Assembly (NCBI GenBank): GCA_021787205.1
Contig: JAJYME010000005.1
Coordinates: 1 to 49,661 of the forward strand
Direction of reading: 5' to 3'
Origin: a bacterium
Lineage (GTDB): Bacteria; Patescibacteriota; Minisyncoccia; UBA6257; Colwellbacteraceae
Length of the DNA stretch: 49,661 nucleotides
Under the pieces are notes generated by a model, which was not told where the DNA came from, did no database searches, and saw only the letters and a program-made list of their open reading frames with translations. Shown here piece by piece: positions 27,424-39,073 of the stretch (within the stretch, counting starts at the first letter, position 1; every line of letters starts with the position of its first letter). Position numbers and translations under genes: made by a program.

Positions 27424-28008
27424 CTAATTTTTTATGTTTATGTATTTTCGGATTGTCCGACTCAATTCCTCATCTGAGAGCAGAGGAGAAAGGAAATTCT
27501 CTATAAAAACCCTTACCGCCTCCTCTTTGTCCATCCCGCGAGAGGACAAGTAAAAGATCTTTTCCTTGTCGAAAATCTCGGTGTTGGCGCCATGAGAGAT
27601 GACGACATCGTTGTTCTCGGTAGAGATCGAGGGGATGAAAGAAACCGACGATTCGTCGCCGAGAAGGATAGCTTCGGAAAAAAGACTGACTTCCGAACCC
27701 TTGGCGTTCTTCCTAACATCAGTAACAGCAGAAACATCAGTCCGCCCTTTTCCGAAAATAACGGACCTTATCTTAACCGCGCTTTTAGTCCCCTTTGACA
27801 AGTGATTGACGCGAAGATTGATTGATGCCTTCCCATCTTTCGAAAGATGGGCAACAAAGACGTGAGCTTCCGCTTCCGGGGCCCCAAGGTTTATTTCCAG
27901 ATCTAACGATTCCTCCTCCTTCAAAAAAACCAAGATGTCATTTCTACCTTTCTTGCCAATGTCGATCTTTTTTCTCTTGTTTGTTATATTTTCTCCTTTT
28001 ATGATCAT
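27424..28008 (-). CDS. sufD: SufD-like protein (short)
   Basis: Beta-helix segment, SHGA, FYLSSRGM; lies between sufB and sufS. Confidence 0.8.
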   Translation of the reverse strand: MIIKGENITNKRKKIDIGKKGRNDILVFLKEEESLDLEINLGAPEAEAHVFVAHLSKDGKASINLRVNHLSKGTKSAVKIRSVIFGKGRTDVSAVTDVRKNAKGSEVSLFSEAILLGDESSVSFIPSISTENNDVVISHGANTEIFDKEKIFYLSSRGMDKEEAVRVFIENFLSPLLSDEELSRTIRKYINIKN

Positions 28009-28041
28009 TAGTTCATAATATTTTCAACGCTCCAAAAGATA

Positions 28042-29370
28042 TCAGCCGATCGAGTTCTCAATTTCCATTTCCATAAGCCTGTTAAGTTCGACGGCGTACT
28101 CAAGAGGCAAGGCCTTCGTCACCGGATCGATAAAACCAGCGACAACCAAGGACATGGCTTCGGCTTGTTTGATACCTCGGCTCGCAAGATAGAAGAGTTC
28201 TTCATCACCTATCTTCCCAACCTTGGCTTCATGCCCGACCTTCGCCGAGGGATCACCGACTTGGATGACGGGATAAGAAGACGAAATAGAACGAGAATCG
28301 AGCATAAGGGTGTCGCATTGGGTGTGGGAAACGACATTCTTAGCGCCTTTGATTACCTTGACCAGACCGCGATAATTGGCGCGGCCGCCGTCCTTGATGA
28401 TGTTTTTGGAGATTATCTGGGAACGGGTATCGGAAGCGAAGTGGATCACTTTGGCGCCGGCGTCCTTCCATTGACCGCGACCAGCCATGGTGATATTGAT
28501 ATGTTTTGACCGGGCTCCTTCCCCCATAAGGAAAGACCCGGGATAAAGCATCGTTTTCTTGCTGCCAAGCGAGCCGCCGACCCACTCGATGGATCCATTC
28601 TTATAAACGACGGCTCTCTTGGTGTTCAGGTTAAAGACCTCGTTGCTCCAATTCTGGATCGTCGAATATTTTACCGAGGCGTTATCGTGGACAAAGATTT
28701 CCACCACTGCCGAGTGAAGGGAGCTTGCCAACCTGATCGGAGCAGTGCACCCTTCGATGTAATGAACTTCCGACCCTTCTTCGGCGATAATCAAAGTGTG
28801 TTCGAACTGGCCAGTCGAGCCGTCATTCATCCTGAAATAGGTGTGCAGTGGCAGGTCAACTTTGACCCCCTTCGGAACATAGAGAAAGCTGCCTCCGGAC
28901 CAGACTGCCCCATGCAAGGCGGAGAACTTGTTGTCCCCGACCGGGACACACTTGGTCATGAAATATTTTTTAAATAGCTCCGGATATTCCTTCAGGGCGG
29001 AGTCGGTGTCGGTGAAGATAACTCCACGAGACTTCAGATCGTCCTTGATCTTCGCGTAAAAGACTTCCGATTCGAATTGTCCGGAAACCCCGGCCAAGAC
29101 CTTCTTTTCCGCCTCCGGAATGCCCAACTTATCATAAACCTTCCTGATATCAGAAGGGACCTCTTCCCAAGAAGAGACCTTTTCCGTTTGCGGAGGGATA
29201 TAGTAAGTAAGGCCAGAGAGATCCAGGTCAGAGAGATCTGGCCCCCATTTGGGCATCGGTTTTGATTTGAAAACGTCGTAAGCATTTAGCCGAAAATCAG
29301 TCATCCACTGCGGTTCGTCCTTAGTCCGGGAAATCTCCTTGATTATGTTTTTATTGAGTCCTTTTTTCAT
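28042..29370 (-). CDS. sufB: Fe-S assembly protein SufB
   Basis: GQFEHTLII, YIEGCTAP, LHSAVVE, LPLEYAVELNRL. Confidence 0.96.
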   Translation of the reverse strand: MKKGLNKNIIKEISRTKDEPQWMTDFRLNAYDVFKSKPMPKWGPDLSDLDLSGLTYYIPPQTEKVSSWEEVPSDIRKVYDKLGIPEAEKKVLAGVSGQFESEVFYAKIKDDLKSRGVIFTDTDSALKEYPELFKKYFMTKCVPVGDNKFSALHGAVWSGGSFLYVPKGVKVDLPLHTYFRMNDGSTGQFEHTLIIAEEGSEVHYIEGCTAPIRLASSLHSAVVEIFVHDNASVKYSTIQNWSNEVFNLNTKRAVVYKNGSIEWVGGSLGSKKTMLYPGSFLMGEGARSKHINITMAGRGQWKDAGAKVIHFASDTRSQIISKNIIKDGGRANYRGLVKVIKGAKNVVSHTQCDTLMLDSRSISSSYPVIQVGDPSAKVGHEAKVGKIGDEELFYLASRGIKQAEAMSLVVAGFIDPVTKALPLEYAVELNRLMEMEIENSIG

Positions 29371-30127
29371 TGAAAGAGTCGAAGCCTTCTTTTTCTATTC
29401 TTTTTAAAATCCCAGCTTGCGATTTAACATCGCCGGAAAAGACTATCTTGCCGCCATTCAAAATATGAATGTAGTCGGGAGCGAGATATTTGATCAGTTT
29501 TTCGTAATGAGTGATGATGATAAAGGATGTTCCTCTTTTTTTAAGAAGATTCAAGACCTTGCCGAACTGCTTGATGGTCGGGATATCGGCGCCGGAATCA
29601 ATCTCATCCAAAATGGCAATCTTCGGATCGGCGGCGACAAGCTGCAAGATTTCGCTTTTCTTCTTCTCACCTCCGGACATGTCCTTGTTGACCTGTTTTT
29701 CCAAGAAAGATTCGTCTATTTTAAGGATGGGAAGGAAGGGAGCGAGCCTCTTCTTAGTCTCGGCGATGGGAGACAGGATTCCCAAGGAAGAAACCGATCT
29801 TCTGATCAGGGCGCTGACCGTAAGCCCTTCTATCATCGGCGGATTCTGGAAGGCCAAAAAGATTCCCGACTTGAAGCGGTCAACCGGACTCATCTCGTTG
29901 ATGTTTTTCCCATTAAAAAAAATCTTGCCTGATTTTATCTCAACACCCGGATAGCCAGCGACAGACAGGGCAGCCGTGCTTTTCCCGGAACCGTTCTTGC
30001 CCATCAATATATGGATTTCACCCTTACCTATTTCAAGATTCAATCCTTTGATGACGTTTTTTTTATCCCTCTCGAGACTAAGGTTCGAGATTTTAAGAAC
30101 CGGTTTTACTGCTTTTGTTTCCGACAT
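29351..30127 (-). CDS. sufC: Fe-S assembly ATPase SufC
   Basis: MGKNGSGKST, FLAFQNP, SGGEKKKSEILQ, LDEIDSG. Confidence 0.92.
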   Translation of the reverse strand: MSETKAVKPVLKISNLSLERDKKNVIKGLNLEIGKGEIHILMGKNGSGKSTAALSVAGYPGVEIKSGKIFFNGKNINEMSPVDRFKSGIFLAFQNPPMIEGLTVSALIRRSVSSLGILSPIAETKKRLAPFLPILKIDESFLEKQVNKDMSGGEKKKSEILQLVAADPKIAILDEIDSGADIPTIKQFGKVLNLLKKRGTSFIIITHYEKLIKYLAPDYIHILNGGKIVFSGDVKSQAGILKRIEKEGFDSFNEKRTQ

Positions 30128-30217
30128 GGTAATAAAAGTATATCTTTATTTGCCGGTTTTAGAAACTTGAAAAAAGCAAAAAATGTGTTATACTTTTTAA
30201 GTAAAAAACATTCAGTT

Positions 30218-30293
30218 GGCCCCATCGTCTAGTGGCCCAGGACATCAGGTTTTCATCCTGAAAACAGGAGTTCGATTCTCCTTGGGGCTGCCA
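30218..30293 (+). tRNA. tRNA-Glu (anticodon UUC)
   Basis: GGCCCCA/TGGGGCT acceptor stem, TCAGG-TTTTCAT-CCTGA anticodon arm, GTTCGATT T-loop, encoded CCA. Confidence 0.95.
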
Positions 30294-30524
30294 ACATAAA
30301 AAACCGCCGAAAGGCGGTTTTTTATTAGAACCAAGGAGAATAGAACGTTGAAAGGGGTCGGGAAAACATTATAAATGTTTTCCTGTGTCGGAAGGTCGCG
30401 AAACCGAGGGTTTCGCGGGAGTAGACGACGTGAGATAGCGAAGCGGCTCCTTGGGGCTGCCAAATAAGAATTCCACCTAAAAGGGTGGATTTTTTATTAG
30501 AATCAAGAGAATCGAACGTTGAAA
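30278..30524. repeat. tRNA-3'-end duplication element
   Basis: CTCCTTGGGGCTGCCAA at 30278-30294 and 30447-30463. Each copy is followed by a hairpin and a near-identical TTTTTTATTAGAA-CAAG-GAGAAT-GAACGTTGAAA block. Confidence 0.8.
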
Positions 30525-30557
30525 ACAAAAAACCGCCTGGGGGCGGTTTTTATGTCC

Positions 30558-31790
30558 TTAAACAGCACTGACAAGCTGATAGATAGGAATGATGACGGCG
30601 ATAGCGATACCACCAACCATAACTCCTAAGAAAAGCAGCAGGGCCGGTTCCAAGATGGCAATAAAGATTTTTACGGAAGCGTCAACTTCAGAGGCATAAA
30701 AATTGGAAAGGGTTTCTAAAATATCCTCCATATGTCCGGCCTTCTCGGAGATGGCAATAAGGTTGGTGACAACCTTCGGAAAATAAGTCTCTCTCCTGAA
30801 GGCGTCTCCGATGGTCATACCCTTTGCGATACCCTCTTTGGAGATGCGGATCAAAATATCGTGGAGTTCATCCGAACCGACGGCGCTGGCAGTGATATCA
30901 AGCGCCTCAAGGATCGGAATACCGGCTCGCAAGAGAGAGGCCAGAGTGGCCGAAAAACGCTGGATAGCCAAATGATGGATGATATTTTTCAAGACCGGGG
31001 CGCGGTTAGTCCATCGAGAAAGCATCGCCTTCCCGACCGGATTCTTGGTAAAGAAGTAAATGGCAAAACCGATTCCGCCGAAGAACACCGGGAAGATGAT
31101 GAACTTATAATCGTTGGCGAAGCCTCCGATGGCAAAGACGATTCTAGAAAAAAGAGGTGGTTTCTGGGTAGACTGGGAAAAGACGCCGGAGATCTTCGGA
31201 ATAACCAAGACGATCATCACAAGCATAACGATGCTCGCGATGCTAATGAGGACAATCGGGTAGATCAAGGCGCTCTTTACCTTGTTTTGCAGTTCCTGAT
31301 TCTTCTCAAGCGAATTGCTCAAGTCTTCAAAGACTTTCTCCAGATTTCCTGAGCGCTCGCCCGCCTTGATCAAGTTTATCTCGACTTGGGAAAAATATTG
31401 GGGATACTGGGAAAAAGCCAGATAAAACGGCCGGCCTTGGCTGAGATTATCCCTGATTTCACTCAAGAAAAGTTTGACGGCCGGCTTCTCGAAGTCGGCG
31501 ATCAAGATATCAATCGCGCGGAAAAGATCAGTTCCCACCTTAAGCATCAAGGAAAGGTACTTAGTGACGAAGACCTTGTCAGTCAAGGTTATCCCCTGGC
31601 TAAACAATCCCTTTGAGAGAGAGATGATCTTCCCTCCAACAATGGAGGTTCCCTCGGCGACTACTTTGATCGAGATCGGCTTATAGCCTTGCGAGGTCAT
31701 CCACTCGAGAACCTGGTCCGGACTGGCGGCATCGATATTTCCTTCTGTTATTTTTCCGCTAGCCAGAGCGGCAATGTAGTGATATCTCAT
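30558..31790 (-). CDS. pilC: Type IV pilus platform protein (PilC/GspF)
   Basis: AGERSGNL, SALIYP, AGIPILEAL, LEPALL. Confidence 0.93.
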   Translation of the reverse strand: MRYHYIAALASGKITEGNIDAASPDQVLEWMTSQGYKPISIKVVAEGTSIVGGKIISLSKGLFSQGITLTDKVFVTKYLSLMLKVGTDLFRAIDILIADFEKPAVKLFLSEIRDNLSQGRPFYLAFSQYPQYFSQVEINLIKAGERSGNLEKVFEDLSNSLEKNQELQNKVKSALIYPIVLISIASIVMLVMIVLVIPKISGVFSQSTQKPPLFSRIVFAIGGFANDYKFIIFPVFFGGIGFAIYFFTKNPVGKAMLSRWTNRAPVLKNIIHHLAIQRFSATLASLLRAGIPILEALDITASAVGSDELHDILIRISKEGIAKGMTIGDAFRRETYFPKVVTNLIAISEKAGHMEDILETLSNFYASEVDASVKIFIAILEPALLLFLGVMVGGIAIAVIIPIYQLVSAV

Positions 31791-31793
31791 ATT

Positions 31794-33500
31794 CTAATCT
31801 CCGACGACGCGAAGAACCTCTTCAATCGTCGTCATACCTTTCTCGACTTTGCGGAGCCCATCTTCAAACATGGTAATCATCCCCTGCCCGCGAGCAACCG
31901 CCTTCATCTTATCAACGGAGAAAGACGGAGAGATGATGACGCCTCTGATTTCCTCAGTGACGTTTAAGACTTCAAAGATGGCAATACGACCGGAATAACC
32001 AGTGAAATTGCAGGAGGGGCAGCCCTTCCCCGAATAAACCATGGAGGGCGGATTATATTCCTTCTCAATGCCAAGGGTTTTTAACTGGACCCTGACCGTC
32101 TCGATCAATTCCTTGTCGAGCGGGACGGTATGGATACAATCCATACAAATCTTTCTGACAAGACGCTGGGCAATAACCGCATTCAAGGTAGCAGAGACTA
32201 AGAACGGAGGAACGTTCATATCCATAAATCTCGGAACAGCCGTCGGCGCATCGTTCGTGTGAAGCGAAGACAAAACCAAGTGACCGGTCAGGGCCGCCTG
32301 AGTGGCGATATCAGCCGTCTCATCATCGCGGATTTCACCGACGAAGATGATATTCGGATCCTGACGCAAGAAAGCGCGAAGACCGGAAGCAAAAGTGATT
32401 CCGGCGGCCGGATTGATTTGGGTCTGGTTGACGTATTTGATATTGTACTCGATCGGATCCTCAATAGTAGCAATATTGACTTCCGGACGGTTCAAGAGAT
32501 TGAGGATGGAGTAGAGAGTAGTGGTCTTTCCTGATCCGGTAGGACCGCAAACGAGAATCATACCGAAGCTCTTCTTGATATTCTCCATCACGATCCTCTC
32601 GGTTTCATCCAACATTCCGACTTCCTGCAAGGACAAGGGTCTGGTAGAGGAGGTCAAAAGACGCATAACGATCTTCTCGCCGGAGAAGGTCGGCATGATA
32701 GCGACACGAATATCGATCTCATCGGAACCGATCCTGTAGCGGAAGCGGCCGTCTTGAGGCTTATAATGCTCGTCGATCTTAAGAGCGGAAAGGATCTTGA
32801 TGCGAGCAACGATGGCGGAGTGGACGGCGCGAGGGATCTTCATCATCTCGTGCAAAACGCCGTCTATGCGGTATCTTACCAAAACCATATCCTCAAAGAT
32901 CTCCATATGGATATCGGAGGCGTGGAGCGACAAAGCATAAGCGATGATGTTGTCAACGATGGCGACGATCGGGACTTCACTGGCCGCGTCCTCACCCTTC
33001 TTCCCCGACCTGATCGAAAGACCGATGTTGTCATCAATAATCTTTTTGAAGTCCTCGACCAACTTGCGGCTATAGATAGCGAAACCCTTATTCAAGTCGA
33101 TTTCGTTTGCCAGATAGATCCTGACTTTGACTTTCAGATACTGCTCAAGGAACTCGATGGTCTCAAGATCCATCGGATTCTCGAAAGCGACCGAAATGGA
33201 GCCGTCCGTCTCCCTCTTAAAAGCAATGACTCTCTTCTGGCGGGAGACCGTTTCCGGCAGGAGACGCAAAACCGATTCGTCGATCGTCTTGTTCTGCAGA
33301 TCAGCAAGCGGAATATTGAGATATTTGGAAAGAATCTGATAGAGATAACCCTCGGTAAGGATGTTTTTTGAGACGAGGGTAAAAGCGATATTCTGTTTGA
33401 GACGGGCAGCTTCCTCAACAATGACATCGAAGGCCGCAGCATCGAGCAATCCTTCTTTCAGAACGATTTCTTTAAGTTGTTGATTTGGGATCGAGATCAT
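31794..33500 (-). CDS. pilB: Type IV pilus assembly ATPase (PilB/GspE)
   Basis: ASDIH, PQDGR, GPTGSGKTTT, EDPIEY, LRQDPNIIFVGEIRD, tetra-Cys motif. Confidence 0.94.
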   Translation of the reverse strand: MISIPNQQLKEIVLKEGLLDAAAFDVIVEEAARLKQNIAFTLVSKNILTEGYLYQILSKYLNIPLADLQNKTIDESVLRLLPETVSRQKRVIAFKRETDGSISVAFENPMDLETIEFLEQYLKVKVRIYLANEIDLNKGFAIYSRKLVEDFKKIIDDNIGLSIRSGKKGEDAASEVPIVAIVDNIIAYALSLHASDIHMEIFEDMVLVRYRIDGVLHEMMKIPRAVHSAIVARIKILSALKIDEHYKPQDGRFRYRIGSDEIDIRVAIMPTFSGEKIVMRLLTSSTRPLSLQEVGMLDETERIVMENIKKSFGMILVCGPTGSGKTTTLYSILNLLNRPEVNIATIEDPIEYNIKYVNQTQINPAAGITFASGLRAFLRQDPNIIFVGEIRDDETADIATQAALTGHLVLSSLHTNDAPTAVPRFMDMNVPPFLVSATLNAVIAQRLVRKICMDCIHTVPLDKELIETVRVQLKTLGIEKEYNPPSMVYSGKGCPSCNFTGYSGRIAIFEVLNVTEEIRGVIISPSFSVDKMKAVARGQGMITMFEDGLRKVEKGMTTIEEVLRVVGD

Positions 33501-33576
33501 AAATGTTCATCTTATTATACAATATGTCTGAAAATATAAAAACAAAAACAAGCTCCTAAGAGCCTGTCTTGAAAAG

Positions 33577-34215
33577 TTATAATGACATATCGCTGCCGTT
33601 CTCATAAAAACAAGTCGCATCGACATAGCTGCCGGAGCAAGTATTCTTAGTACCTCCGTCATTGACCATCTTATCCCTATACTTCAAAGACTCCAACCTG
33701 GCGGCAAGCTTGAAGGTATTAGAAGCGCTCGATTTGTAGGCGTAGAAGTAATTCGTGTTATTCACCGGATCAAGCGGCAGAGCGGGAATCGGAGAACCGC
33801 CGGAGGCATCGGTAAACTTGACGTCTACCCAACCATTGCCATCGATAGCGGTAGAGGCAACAACGTTGGTGGCGGCACCGAAGGTGTTCGTAGAGAGGTT
33901 GGTAAACGGAGTGATAGTGGCGGTCGTGGCGCCAGAGGAGGCGCAGCCGACACCGGTAGTGGACGTTCCCACACAATAAGTCCTGAAGTCTAGGTTCACG
34001 CTGGCGGCGCTTACCGCATAAGTATGGATAGCCCTTTCCAAATTGTCCATATCATTGATCCTGGTGCCGTCCCTTCCCTGCTTCATGAGCTCGACGGGAT
34101 TCAAGACAAGAACCGTCGCCGATCCCAAGATCGCAATGATAGCGATGACGATCAAGAGCTCGATAAGGGTGAATCCCTTTTTCTCTTGAATATTAACTGA
34201 TTTCATTTTATTCAT
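33577..34215 (-). CDS. Type IV pilin-like protein
   Basis: KKG|FTLIELLIVIAIIAILG prepilin cleavage motif; start at 34215 or 34206. Confidence 0.9.
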   Translation of the reverse strand: MNKMKSVNIQEKKGFTLIELLIVIAIIAILGSATVLVLNPVELMKQGRDGTRINDMDNLERAIHTYAVSAASVNLDFRTYCVGTSTTGVGCASSGATTATITPFTNLSTNTFGAATNVVASTAIDGNGWVDVKFTDASGGSPIPALPLDPVNNTNYFYAYKSSASNTFKLAARLESLKYRDKMVNDGGTKNTCSGSYVDATCFYENGSDMSL

Positions 34216-34250
34216 ATTTATTATATTACTTTCGCTCATAGCTGCAAACC

Positions 34251-34853
34251 TTACAGGTTTGGATTGCTGCCAACCTCGTACCAACAATCAGTCGTGGCAT
34301 AATTCCCAGCGGTGGCGCAATTATAGATTCCGCCGTCGATTTTCATATTGTCCCTGAACTTCAAGGATTCCAGACGGGAGACGAACTTATAAGTGTAATT
34401 AACATTCTCGCACTTGTAAGCATAAAGATAGGTGTTGTTATTCACGGGATCCTTCGGCAAGACAGAGAGCGGCGGAAAGCCGTTCATATTATTGAAATTA
34501 ACATCAACCCAACCGGTGCCGGTAATGGTGACATCGGATACAATATCCCCGGATGTCACCAGCGGGTGCGCTCCGAAGGGAGACGGGGTGACACCCGCCG
34601 TCCCGGCAGTCAGACGGCCATTAGTCGTGCAAGAACCCAAGGTGAGAGTGACATTTGTATTAGCGATGAAGGTATTGATATCGCTTTTCAAGGCATTCAT
34701 ATCTGACATCCTGACCCGGTCACGTGACTGAGCCATGATCTCCGTCGGATTCAAGACGAGAACCGCCGAAGCGCTTATAATCATAATAATCCCAATGACC
34801 AAGAGAAGCTCAATCAGGGTAAAACCTTTTTTCTTTTGAAAGTTGTTCTTCAT
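34251..34853 (-). CDS. Type IV pilin-like protein
   Basis: KKG|FTLIELLLVIGII. Confidence 0.9.
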   Translation of the reverse strand: MKNNFQKKKGFTLIELLLVIGIIMIISASAVLVLNPTEIMAQSRDRVRMSDMNALKSDINTFIANTNVTLTLGSCTTNGRLTAGTAGVTPSPFGAHPLVTSGDIVSDVTITGTGWVDVNFNNMNGFPPLSVLPKDPVNNNTYLYAYKCENVNYTYKFVSRLESLKFRDNMKIDGGIYNCATAGNYATTDCWYEVGSNPNL

Positions 34854-34857
34854 TTTT

Positions 34858-35433
34858 TTAAACAAGCCTCATTGATTGCCAGATATTGGTCTGATTAAAC
34901 CAGATTGAAATAAGAACAATCGCGAGGATGGCAGACGGGAACCAGAGATAATAAAGCGGCACCACCTCGATCTTTTTTCTGATAAAAAGATTGGCAAGAT
35001 GAACCAAGAGATAAGCGAGAATGATAAATATAAAGACAAAGAGAACGCCAGGGAAGCCGGAAAGGAAGAGAGCGATAAAAGCAAAATTAAGCTCCTCCCT
35101 CTCAAAGAATCTCTCATCTTTTCTCTTGTTTAAGAATTTGGCGAGGAAATAAAAAACCGTCGCGAAAAGAAGGGAGATAAGATAGGACAAGAAGAAGTGG
35201 TAAAGCGAATAGCGCAAAAAATAAGCGATGGGGGCCACCGGAGGGAGGAGATTCCTGGCTAAGGGAATAGTTTGCCAAAGGCGGTATTGGGAAAAAGCGT
35301 AATAACCGGCGATGGAAAAAATGATGACAATCGGAATCAGGGTGAAAATTTTCACATTCTTTGCCAGGAAATTTTTAGCAAAAATCTGAAGGGCGATAAG
35401 CAACAACAAATATCCGACGATGAAAATTAGCAT
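34858..35433 (-). CDS. Hypothetical multi-pass membrane protein in the pilin cluster
   Basis: Hydrophobic 191-aa portion from ATG at 35433 (TATAAT 6 nt upstream). The longer ORF-track start overlaps a pilin gene and a terminator. Confidence 0.7.
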   Translation of the reverse strand: MLIFIVGYLLLLIALQIFAKNFLAKNVKIFTLIPIVIIFSIAGYYAFSQYRLWQTIPLARNLLPPVAPIAYFLRYSLYHFFLSYLISLLFATVFYFLAKFLNKRKDERFFEREELNFAFIALFLSGFPGVLFVFIFIILAYLLVHLANLFIRKKIEVVPLYYLWFPSAILAIVLISIWFNQTNIWQSMRLV

Positions 35434-35536
35434 GATCAAATTATAAAACAAAACAAATAAAAATCCTAAATAAGAAGAAGATATAATACGAAGATTTATC
35501 TTTTTGACGAACATAGAAATCCTAAAAGTAAAAAAC

Positions 35537-35561
35537 AAAAATCCCGCGAAGGCGGGATTTT
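35537..35561 (-). terminator. Terminator after the pilin gene
   Basis: AAAATCCCGC-GAAG-GCGGGATTTT. Confidence 0.8.
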
Positions 35562-35569
35562 TAAGTTCA

Positions 35570-36145
35570 TTAGAATGAAGCCATATTGGTTCCAATCTCG
35601 TAGTAGGCAGTGTTGGTGCCACCATCATTGGTCGCTTTAGTGGAATACTTTGAAGATTCCAACCTGGTCGAGAGTTTGAAGGTGTTGTTGGTGCCCTCGT
35701 ATCTGAAACCATATAAGCAACCGCTGTTGCCGTTATTGGGATCAAGAGGAAGGGCGGCGATCGGAGAACCTCCGGTAAGAGCGCCGAAGTTAATCGGAAC
35801 CCAACCAGCTCCAGCCACGGTGGTGACGGTGCTTACAGTAAAGTTGGTCGTGGTGGCAGTAGCGAGGCCTAAGAAGTTAGCATTATAGGTAGTGCCGGGC
35901 TGAGCGGTCGTACAAGCGACTGAGGCGCATGAACCCATGCTGACGGTGGTAGTATTTACAAGATAATTGTTGATCGCGTTTCTCAAGGAATCGAGATCGT
36001 TCAATCTTGTGCCGTCGCGGGATTGAGCCATGAGTTCAACAGGGTTCAAAACAAGGACGGTTGCCGAGCCCAAGATTGCAATGATCGCGATAACGATCAA
36101 AAGCTCGATGAGGGTAAACCCCTTTTTCTTTTGGATATTATTCAT
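35570..36145 (-). CDS. Type IV pilin-like protein (monocistronic, candidate major pilin)
   Basis: KKG|FTLIELLIVIAIIAILG; own TGA-TATAAT promoter and terminator. Confidence 0.92.
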   Translation of the reverse strand: MNNIQKKKGFTLIELLIVIAIIAILGSATVLVLNPVELMAQSRDGTRLNDLDSLRNAINNYLVNTTTVSMGSCASVACTTAQPGTTYNANFLGLATATTTNFTVSTVTTVAGAGWVPINFGALTGGSPIAALPLDPNNGNSGCLYGFRYEGTNNTFKLSTRLESSKYSTKATNDGGTNTAYYEIGTNMASF

Positions 36146-36275
36146 ATAATTTGGTTTATTTGTTCAACCTATTTGTTTATGTCTCTTATTATATCATAAC
36201 CGCTTGAAATACCATACAAGAATCGGCTGTGGATAAGTGCTAATAAAAAAATCCCCGCTTTCGCGGGGATATTCT

Positions 36276-36653
36276 TTAGACTTGCAGGAGGTAACCCCTG
36301 ATGTGGTTTATAAGGTCATCAATCGAGGTATGGGCCTTGATGTAGTAATCGACAGCTCCCAAATCCTTTCCCCGCTCGATGTCCGAATCCTGGCCGAGGT
36401 TCGAGGCGATAATGACTTGGATCCCGGACAAAGAAGGATCTTTCTGGATCTCTTCCAAGACCTCGAAACCGTTTTTCTTGGGCAAAATGATATCCAAAAG
36501 CACCAACCCGACCTCGGCGGTGTTGGAACGCAAAAGATCGAGCGCCATCTCCCCGTCCATCGCATACAAGACGCTGAATCCCTCCTTTTCCAAACGATTT
36601 TTTATGAGCGACGACAAGAACTTGTCATCTTCAACCAAAAGAATTGATTTCAT
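36276..36653 (-). CDS. Single-domain response regulator receiver
   Basis: ILLVEDD, LLDIILP, SNL, GAVDYYIK; no output domain. Confidence 0.9.
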   Translation of the reverse strand: MKSILLVEDDKFLSSLIKNRLEKEGFSVLYAMDGEMALDLLRSNTAEVGLVLLDIILPKKNGFEVLEEIQKDPSLSGIQVIIASNLGQDSDIERGKDLGAVDYYIKAHTSIDDLINHIRGYLLQV

Positions 36654-36918
36654 ATATTTATGTGAATTAGGCGCTTTTACACGCTCGTTTTTCTGATACT
36701 AACACAAAATCCCAAAAAAATAAAGCAATAAAAAATCCCGGTTTTACCCGGAATTTTCCATATCATACCTTAACGATTTATTCTATAAAGCTTTTCCAGC
36801 TGACCAATCTCTAACCGATTCCCCGGTTAGCGAGCATCGTGACTTCACTATAGAGCTCCACGATTAACACTCTTTTGGTTCAACCAATTTCCTTTATCTA
36901 AAAGATAAAGTCGATCTT

Positions 36919-38421
<1,503 letters not shown>

Positions 38422-38669
38422 AATCAAGGTTTAACTTGATATGGACAATGCCGAAATAAATTTCGAAAGAGTCCATATAAAGCATTCCCTGATCCTGAAT
38501 TAGATCGGACAACTGGAAAAACTCTATAAAATAAAAAGAAATCTTTTGATGGATTTCAAGATTCAACAAACCGTTAAGCAATACTCTTGCAAAACGTGTT
38601 AAATGCTGGTCGTTAAAAAGTATGATTTAATTGTTTAGTTCTCTGTCGCTTTTTCAAGTGACAAGAGTT

Positions 38670-38698
38670 ATATTAAACTATGAAAAAAACAATGTCAA
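38670..38698 (-). promoter_or_regulatory. Sigma70-type promoter of the 16S gene
   Basis: TTGACA-N17-TAATAT. Confidence 0.75.
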
Positions 38699-38731
38699 GA
38701 GCATCCTCAGCAAAAATAAAATCGCCTTGGC

Positions 38732-38998
38732 TTAGGCGATTTTTTTAGTCTTGGTTTCCTTCTTGACGCGAGGCTTCTTATCGGCCTTAGGGGCGGTAGC
38801 CGCCTTTCTGGCTTTGAACTTCTCGACGCGTCCAGCGGTGTCCAAAATCTTTCCTTCCTGTCCGGTAAAGAACGGGTGGCACTTGGAGCAGATTTCAACT
38901 TCCATCTTCTCTTTAGTAGATCCGGTTTTGATCACATTGCCGCAAGCGCAGGTAATGGTCGCATCGGAATGATAAACGGGATGAATGTTCTCTTTCAT
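38732..38998 (-). CDS. rpmE: 50S ribosomal protein L31
   Basis: [31 protein letters not shown]. Confidence 0.96.
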   Translation of the reverse strand: MKENIHPVYHSDATITCACGNVIKTGSTKEKMEVEICSKCHPFFTGQEGKILDTAGRVEKFKARKAATAPKADKKPRVKKETKTKKIA

Positions 38999-39073
38999 AA
39001 CACTGGACATATTACCAAGATTTTTTCAATTTGGCAAATGACCAATTTTAATGTATTTTTATATACATATATT

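Noticed and set aside
30294-30557. Prophage or genomic island at tRNA-Glu
   Set aside because: The direct repeats are only 169 bp apart, with no integrase or cargo; the ORFs at 30245-30463 and 30325-30528 look spurious.
36228-36236. Perfect DnaA box TGTGGATAA (another, TTATCCACA, at 21879-21887) as a replication origin
   Set aside because: Isolated single boxes, one overlapping a stop codon; no cluster and no dnaA/dnaN nearby.
38876-39073. N-terminal extension of prfA given by the ORF track
   Set aside because: It overlaps rpmE on the opposite strand and has no resemblance to RF1 domain 1.
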